Shown here one piece after another: positions 26,915-32,374 of a DNA stretch of 32,374 nucleotides (its first letter is position 1; each line of letters begins with the position of its first letter). Both the position numbers and the translations under genes were made by a program. The notes below the pieces were generated by a model. It did no database searches. It was given only the letters and a program-made list of their open reading frames with translations, and was not told where the DNA came from. This DNA is from Bacteroidota bacterium (GTDB lineage Bacteria; Bacteroidota; Bacteroidia; Chitinophagales; Chitinophagaceae): assembly GCA_947461985.1 (NCBI GenBank), contig CANHNT010000001.1, positions 1-32,374 of the forward strand, written 5' to 3'.

Positions 26915-27757
26915 ATGAAAAACACTATTTTAAGCATCGTAATTCTTTCATTTTTATCTAATGGAAGTCAAGCACAAAACAATAAGGTGAGCAATATTAC
27001 CAAAAAACAATTCAGCAAATTTGAAGTAGCCAATTTTCAAATAGAAGATGAAGTGTTTGTATTATCGAACGGATTAAAGCCAAACGCTGCCATTGAATAT
27101 TACTCAAAACCCGAAGGAGGAAAAGTAGTTGGTGCAGAAACATCAACAGCACAAGGCACCTTTTTAAAATCATTTTCTATCAACGAAACAGTTGGTTTGG
27201 TATTGAATAATGCAAGGGTGAGCTATCTTTTAGACAAAGAATTTATAGTAAAAAATATCAAGGTTGTAAAAGAAGATAACTCAATTTTATTTTCGTGTAA
27301 TGCATTAGCCAATGAAGAAAATATTGAATTGAATATATTAAAAAGCCAAAACGGGAAGGATTTTAAAACAATCAAAACTATTCAACTTTTGGTTGGGCAA
27401 AATGAAGAATCTATCAATTTTACGGATGAATATAGCTCTGTGGCTATTTATAAAATTGAAATCACCAAAAATAAAACCATTCAACGCTATTTATCAAAAG
27501 CGTATAACTTTAATCATGTATCCGAAAACTTTGAGGTGTTTCCAACAGTTTCAAAAGATATTGTGCATGTAAATTTTGGAACGATAGATAAAGAAGTTAG
27601 CTATCAAATTGTAAATACTCAAGGACAAATGCAACAAAAAGGATTGTTTAAGAGTAATTTTAATACAATAGATATTCATAATTTGGCTAGTGGTATTTAT
27701 TATATTGTGTTAAACATTGACCAAGAATTATTTACAACCAAAATAATAAAACAATAG
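26915..27757 (+). CDS. Small T9SS-secreted protein of unknown function
   Basis: 280 aa. Signal peptide MKNTILSIVILSFLSNGSQAQ. The C-terminus is FEVFPTVSKDIVHVNF...LASGIYYIVLN...TTKIIKQ, a T9SS CTD pattern. Confidence 0.8.
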   Translation: MKNTILSIVILSFLSNGSQAQNNKVSNITKKQFSKFEVANFQIEDEVFVLSNGLKPNAAIEYYSKPEGGKVVGAETSTAQGTFLKSFSINETVGLVLNNARVSYLLDKEFIVKNIKVVKEDNSILFSCNALANEENIELNILKSQNGKDFKTIKTIQLLVGQNEESINFTDEYSSVAIYKIEITKNKTIQRYLSKAYNFNHVSENFEVFPTVSKDIVHVNFGTIDKEVSYQIVNTQGQMQQKGLFKSNFNTIDIHNLASGIYYIVLNIDQELFTTKIIKQ

Positions 27758-27778
27758 AAGCATAGATTGCTTCATAAA

Positions 27779-27809
27779 AAAACCGTTTCATTGAAACGGT
27801 TTTTTTATG
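27779..27809 (+). terminator. Rho-independent terminator (A-tract, CCGTTTC/GAAACGG stem, T7 tail)
   Basis: aaaaaaaccgtttcattgaaacggttttttt, 22 nt after the stop at 27757. It is preceded by a second small hairpin, gaagca-tagat-tgcttc (27760-27776). Confidence 0.85.
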
Positions 27810-28173
27810 TGTTAAAATCAATCTTTTTTATTTCATTACAGAGCCTATGCATTTAGAAAAATGAATATTTGTTTGAAATTCTTATATGTTGAAATTAAGA
27901 AAGCAAATTCCATTATCAGTAAATTTTCCATTACAATGGAAAATAAACCGATTTCTAACAAATGGTGTGTTTAGTTTCTTTTAATAAAATGATAAGAAAT
28001 AGTGAAAAGAGTTTTAAAAAGAGATAAAATTGATAAGAAGTACAATTTTTATGCAAATGGTTTTCAAAATATAACAAAGTGTTAATCACTACAAAATGCT
28101 AAACGTTCAATTTTTTTTAAACGTCTCGATGTAGTAATTTCACGCATTATAATTCAAAAAAAAATACTTTTTT

Positions 28174-29616
28174 ATGAAAAAAATATTTCTTTCATTATTC
28201 ATTTTATTTGCTTCATTAATCAATGCAAATGCAAAAGATGGTTATTCTATAAAAGCAAAATTTACAGACCAAAAAGATACCTTGGTTTATTTATGTAACT
28301 ATTTTGGAAAAGCATCTAATGTGTATCGAGTAGATTCGGCTAAATTAAATAGCAATGGCGAAGTCACATTTAAATCGGCTAAAAAAATTGTAGGAGGCAT
28401 TTATTCAATTTTATTTTATGATAGAACGACTAATGTTGAATTTATTTTAAATAATGGAGATGATATTTCATTTCAAACCACTCGTTCTAATATCTATCAA
28501 ACCATTGTATTTAAAGGTGTTTCAGAAAACTTGGAATTTTACGATTACCAGCGTTTTTTGGTAAAATATGGCTCAGAATATCAAAAAATTGAAGGACAAT
28601 TGGTATTGGCTAAAAATAAAAAAGATACGGCTGTTGTGTATGAAAAATTAAAAGTGAAAGGAAAAGAATTGCAAGCATATCGAGAAAATATTATAGCTAA
28701 AAAACCAACTTCGTTTTTAGCAAAATTATTTAATGCGGTGAGCGAACCCGATATTCCTACCGTATTGCCAACGAATCCTGATGGAAGTAAAGATTCCTTA
28801 TATCCAAGAAATTACTACAAAGCGCATTTTTGGGACAAATATGATTTTAGAGACGACCGTTTAATATATTCTCCTTTATATGAATCGAAATTAGAAAGCT
28901 ATATGTCGAAATTAGTGATTCCTGTCCCCGATTCGGTAGAAAAAGAATGTGATATGATTTTGCAGAAATCAAAAGGAATGGAAGAAACCTTTAAATACTC
29001 ATTGTGGTATTTAACGCGTTGGACAGAAACCAGTAAAGTAATGGGAATGGACGAGGCTTTTGTTTACTTAGTAGAAAACTATTATATGAAGGGCTTGGCT
29101 CCTTGGACAGACTCTACCCAATTAGCAAAATATGAAGACAGAGCTCGAAAAATTGCCCCTAATATGATTGGTCAACCTGCTATGGATATTAGAATGATGG
29201 ACACTTCAGGATTAAATGTAATGCCTTTATCTGCTGTAAAAGCAAATTATACGATTTTAATATTTTGGTCTCCAACTTGTGGCCATTGCCAAAAAGAAAT
29301 GCCCACATTTGATTCGTTATATAAAGCAGCATTGAAAAAATACAACGTAAAAATATATGCTGTTGAAGCAGATGGTGAAACAGACAAGTGGAAAAAATTC
29401 ATTACAGACAATAAATTAGGAGAAGGCTGGGTACATGTACATGATCCAAATCACACCTCTAATTTTAGAGCTTTTTATGATGTTTATAGTACGCCAACAT
29501 TGTATTTGTTGGATGAAAATAAAGTAATTCGTGGTAAACGAATAGATCATACCAATGTTTTGGGGCTTATTGAATGGTTAGAAAAAAAGAAAAAAACAAA
29601 TAAAGAAAAGAAGTAA
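28174..29616 (+). CDS. Thioredoxin-fold (TlpA/ResA-like) secreted protein with a long N-terminal accessory region
   Basis: 480 aa. Signal peptide MKKIFLSLFILFASLINANA. The C-terminal thioredoxin domain has ILIFWSPTCGHCQKE (a CXXC active site) and ..YSTPTLYLLD... The N-terminal roughly 330 aa resemble accessory domains seen on Bacteroidota TlpA-like proteins (DUF4369/DUF5106-type; from memory, unverified). Confidence 0.8.
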   Translation: MKKIFLSLFILFASLINANAKDGYSIKAKFTDQKDTLVYLCNYFGKASNVYRVDSAKLNSNGEVTFKSAKKIVGGIYSILFYDRTTNVEFILNNGDDISFQTTRSNIYQTIVFKGVSENLEFYDYQRFLVKYGSEYQKIEGQLVLAKNKKDTAVVYEKLKVKGKELQAYRENIIAKKPTSFLAKLFNAVSEPDIPTVLPTNPDGSKDSLYPRNYYKAHFWDKYDFRDDRLIYSPLYESKLESYMSKLVIPVPDSVEKECDMILQKSKGMEETFKYSLWYLTRWTETSKVMGMDEAFVYLVENYYMKGLAPWTDSTQLAKYEDRARKIAPNMIGQPAMDIRMMDTSGLNVMPLSAVKANYTILIFWSPTCGHCQKEMPTFDSLYKAALKKYNVKIYAVEADGETDKWKKFITDNKLGEGWVHVHDPNHTSNFRAFYDVYSTPTLYLLDENKVIRGKRIDHTNVLGLIEWLEKKKKTNKEKK

Positions 29617-29658
29617 ATTCGCAATCTCAAACATTAAAATAAAGTCGTAAAATTTATT

Positions 29659-31626
29659 ATGAAAAAAATTCTTAGTTTAAATCTGTTACTTTTAGCCTTA
29701 ATCACCTCTTTTACTATTGATGCACAAAAAAAAGAGGATGCCTTATTTACCTATGGAGGTATTGGAGTGAGTAAAAAAGAGTTTTTGAGAATGTATACCA
29801 AAAACATTAACAATCAAAAACCAGATTTTAGTGAAAAGGCAATAAGAGAATATTTAACGTTGTATAGCCGCTTTAAAATGAAAGTAGCCGAAGCAAATGC
29901 GTTAAGAATAGATACGTTGGCAAATATTGAGTCGGAACTTGGTACTTACAAAAAGCAGTTGGCAAAAACATATTTGACCGATACTGAAATGAAAAATAAG
30001 TTGATTAAAGAAGCTTATGATCGTTCTAAAAAAGACGTACGAATTGCGCACATACTTATATCAACTCCTCGTAATAATGACGATACTTTGAGTGCGTATC
30101 GAAAAATAGACAGCCTTTATAAAGCAATAACAGTTAACAAAGCTGATTTTGCTGTTATAGCAAGAATGTTTAGTGAAGATAAACAATCGGGCTCAAATGG
30201 TGGAGATATAGGCTTTATTACGCCTTTGCAAATTGTTTATCCGTTTGAAAATGTAGCTTACAACACTCCTGTAGGAAGTGTTTCAAAACCATTCAAAACG
30301 ATTTATGGTTATCACATCATCAAAAAATTAGAAGAAAGACAAGCAAGAGGTGAAATTCAAGTAGCTCAAATTTTAGTTAATGTGAAAAAAAGTGGTGGAG
30401 AAGAAGGTGAAAGAATAGGAAAAGCAAGAATTGACTCCGTGTATTTGATGTTGAAAAAAGGACAATCGTTTGAATCAATGGTAGAAAAATATTCGGATGA
30501 TAAATTTTCATTAAATTCTAAAGGAGTATTGGCAAGTTTTGGAGTAGGACAAATGTTACCTATTTTTGAAGATGCTGCATTTAGCTTAAAAAAACCAGGC
30601 GATATTTCGGAACCAATTAAAACAGAATATGGTTACCACATCGTAAAATTAATGAGCAAAACGCCATTAAAACCTTTTGATTCTGTAAAAACAGATTTAG
30701 GTAAAAGAATCGAAAAAGACAGTAGAACAGATATTGCTCGTATAGAATATACTGAAAAAGTAAAAACGAAATTAAATTTTAAAGAATATCCAATTGCGTT
30801 AAATGAAATCATTGCGGCTATTAATGATTCTACTTTGATGAATGGCACTTACAATGCAAATGAATATGCTAAATATAAAAAACCATTGTTTACCATGTCG
30901 GATGTAGAAATTACACAAGCCGATTTTGCTAACTATTTAGAAGCATTTACGAAAGCAAAAATGTATGGTAAAAAAGACCCTACTTTACGCTCGTTATACA
31001 AAACGTATGCTGATAAGGCCTTAAATGATTATCAAGAAAACAGATTGGTAGATGAAAATGAAGACTATCGAAATTTATTAACAGAATATAGAGATGGTAT
31101 TATGTTGTTTGAATTAACAGATAAATCGGTTTGGTCTAAAGCATCGATGGATACAACAGGATTAAATGAGTTTTATGCAAATAATAAAGCTAAATATCAA
31201 TGGGGACCATCAGTAAAAGGAACCATTTATAAAGCCAATGATGAAGAAACTGCTAAAATGTTAGTGAAGCAATTAAATAACCCGAAAAATACGAATTCTG
31301 ATGATATTTTAAAAGCAGTTAGTGAAGCAGGTGCTCAAAATAAATTAGTAGCTGAAAATGGAAAGTATGAAAAAACTCGTTTCCCTGCTAATTTAAAAAT
31401 GACTGCTGGAAAATATTGTCCTTATTACAAAAATGAAGATGGTACTTATACTTTATTAAAAGTGGATGAAGTGTATAATGAGCCAACTCAAAAAACATTG
31501 AGCGAAGCACGTGGTTATGTTATTTCTGAATACCAAGAGTATTTAGAAAAAAATTGGATTGCTGATTTAGAAGCAAAATATCCTGTAAAATTGAATGAAA
31601 GTGTTATAAAATCAATGATTAAATAA
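29659..31626 (+). CDS. Periplasmic peptidyl-prolyl cis-trans isomerase, SurA/PpiD-like with two parvulin domains
   Basis: 655 aa. Signal peptide. The two parvulin signatures are GGDIGFITP..FKTIYGYHIIKK and ..FEDAAFSLKKPGDISEPIKTEYGYHIVKL, with flanking chaperone-like helical regions. Confidence 0.9.
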   Translation: MKKILSLNLLLLALITSFTIDAQKKEDALFTYGGIGVSKKEFLRMYTKNINNQKPDFSEKAIREYLTLYSRFKMKVAEANALRIDTLANIESELGTYKKQLAKTYLTDTEMKNKLIKEAYDRSKKDVRIAHILISTPRNNDDTLSAYRKIDSLYKAITVNKADFAVIARMFSEDKQSGSNGGDIGFITPLQIVYPFENVAYNTPVGSVSKPFKTIYGYHIIKKLEERQARGEIQVAQILVNVKKSGGEEGERIGKARIDSVYLMLKKGQSFESMVEKYSDDKFSLNSKGVLASFGVGQMLPIFEDAAFSLKKPGDISEPIKTEYGYHIVKLMSKTPLKPFDSVKTDLGKRIEKDSRTDIARIEYTEKVKTKLNFKEYPIALNEIIAAINDSTLMNGTYNANEYAKYKKPLFTMSDVEITQADFANYLEAFTKAKMYGKKDPTLRSLYKTYADKALNDYQENRLVDENEDYRNLLTEYRDGIMLFELTDKSVWSKASMDTTGLNEFYANNKAKYQWGPSVKGTIYKANDEETAKMLVKQLNNPKNTNSDDILKAVSEAGAQNKLVAENGKYEKTRFPANLKMTAGKYCPYYKNEDGTYTLLKVDEVYNEPTQKTLSEARGYVISEYQEYLEKNWIADLEAKYPVKLNESVIKSMIK

Positions 31627-31646
31627 TTGATTTTATATAAATATTG

Positions 31647-31679
31647 AAAAAGGCTATCTCCTAGAGGTAGCTTTTTTTT
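31647..31679 (+). terminator. Rho-independent terminator after the PPIase gene
   Basis: aaaaaggctatctcctagaggtagctttttttt: a stem with one G-U pair followed by a T8 tail, 21 nt after the stop. Confidence 0.75.
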
Positions 31680-31830
31680 ATTCATTTATTATTTTGTAAA
31701 AAGTTGATGATGCAGGTATTTATATAATAACAAAGGCTATGCTATAAATTTATTTGAGAAAACCAGAGACCTTAAATTCATGGTGTAAATGGAGTTAGAG
31801 CATTTTGAGTAGGAATAAAAATTCATATAC

Positions 31831-31863
31831 AAAAAATCCGTTTCAATGGAAACGGATTTTTTT
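31831..31863. terminator. Bidirectional terminator hairpin (A6-TCCGTTTC-AATG-GAAACGGA-T7)
   Basis: Perfect 8-bp GC-containing stem flanked by A- and T-tracts. It lies 27 nt downstream of the minus-strand gene ending at 31890, and could equally end a plus-strand transcript. Confidence 0.8.
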
Positions 31864-31889
31864 GATGATATATTATTTTGTAAAAAAAA

Positions 31890-32374
31890 TTAGTTACCAA
31901 ATACTTTTTTCAATAAACCTGTTACTTGTGCAGCAGGATTTGTGCGAATATTTGCTTCTTCTTGTGCAACAGTTGTAAACAATCCAGCCAATGCTCTTTC
32001 GGTTACATAACCAGTTAAATCGGTATTTACTTTTTGACGAGAAATTGGCAATTTATTGTACGTAGCAAAAACAGATTGCCATAAAGCAGGTGCATTTACT
32101 TTCGCTAAGGATTGTTCAATTACTGGTCTGAAAGCTTGTGTTAAAGCCGCCGTGGTAGCTTGTTTCAAAAAGTTAGTGGCTGCATTGTTTCCACCCCGTA
32201 AAATAGTTAATCCATCATTGATATTCATGCTCGTAATCGCATTTATAAATATTGGCACTGCTTTGCCAGAAGCATCTTCAGCCGCTCTGTTTAAACTTAA
32301 AATTAATTTATCACATTGTTTATTAAAACCAAATTGACGAAGCGTAGTTTCAATTTTAGAAACTTCTTTCGGCA
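31890..32374 (-). CDS. DUF4197-like periplasmic protein, C-terminal part (gene runs off the right edge)
   Basis: The track shows 122 aa from a GTG at 32258. My manual reverse translation shows the frame stays open to the window end (..PKEVSKIETTLRQFGFNKQCDKLILSLNRAAEDASGKAVPIFINAI..). The sequence pattern (NRAAE..A..IF..AI.SM...DG..IL.GG..AAT.FL) matches my recollection of DUF4197. Confidence 0.75.
   Translation of the reverse strand, partial: PKEVSKIETTLRQFGFNKQCDKLILSLNRAAEDASGKAVPIFINAITSMNINDGLTILRGGNNAATNFLKQATTAALTQAFRPVIEQSLAKVNAPALWQSVFATYNKLPISRQKVNTDLTGYVTERALAGLFTTVAQEEANIRTNPAAQVTGLLKKVFGN

Noticed and set aside
27861-27974. 37-codon ORF in the long intergenic region
   Set aside because: No recognisable motif, TM segment or signal. 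ORFs of this length are expected by chance in 360 bp. It is kept only as a note inside the intergenic finding.
7870-32337. The remaining short track ORFs embedded in annotated genes (e.g. 7870-8052, 8169-8364, 10551-11123, 13771-14157, 14820-15020, 15432-15662, 16446-16634, 17956-18168, 20549-21132, 21313-21634, 22267-22621, 22613-22819, 23045-23503, 25832-26041, 26253-26447, 26612-26815, 30633-30848, 32056-32337)
   Set aside because: Same reasoning: they are alternative-frame or antisense readings of well-supported CDSs with no independent coding evidence.
1-32374. Searched by eye for CRISPR arrays, tRNA/rRNA genes, IS elements, integrases, toxin-antitoxin pairs and known defence-system hallmarks (nucleases, helicases, NTPases, methyltransferase-restriction pairs)
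   Set aside because: None found. The only methyltransferase is the rRNA-modifying RlmD. No direct-repeat/spacer architecture is present, nor any tRNA-like T-arm motif. All large ORFs are accounted for by respiratory, envelope or housekeeping functions, or by the unknown secreted proteins reported above.

Overview
AT-rich chromosomal window that looks like Bacteroidota (Flavobacteriia-like). The pointers are T9SS C-terminal sorting domains, TAnnTTTG-type promoter boxes, A/T-rich start-codon contexts without Shine-Dalgarno sequences, and an ACIII-oxidase gene order. The core (3.1-15.7 kb) is a complete, tightly packed respiratory supra-operon: Alternative Complex III (actABCDEF), then aa3-type cytochrome c oxidase subunits II and I, a strong hairpin, and haem O synthase (ctaB). 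On the left is a minus-strand operon that looks like metal uptake: a His-rich small membrane protein, a TonB-dependent receptor, and a lipoprotein that overlaps it and is cut by the window edge. To the right come a Tet-family-like MFS transporter and an uncharacterised lipoprotein plus outer-membrane beta-barrel pair. A minus-strand housekeeping block follows (SDR, CoA-pyrophosphatase-type NUDIX, RlmD). After it sits an orphan three-gene secreted-protein operon: an 833-aa protein with one CXXCH plus two T9SS cargo proteins. The window ends with a thioredoxin-fold protein, a SurA-like parvulin PPIase and a truncated DUF4197-like gene. I see no rRNA or tRNA genes, CRISPR arrays, transposases, integrases or recognisable defence genes. 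The best candidates for something undescribed are the 22.7-27.8 kb secreted-protein operon and the 17.2-19.7 kb lipoprotein/barrel pair. Both calls are 'unknown function' inferences; novelty cannot be established without database searches. Smaller signals include a perfect 6-4-6 palindrome in the divergent promoter region at 3027-3042, heptamer tandem repeats in an unusually long intra-operon spacer, His-rich tracts on respiratory subunits, and two long ORF-free regions bracketed by terminators.
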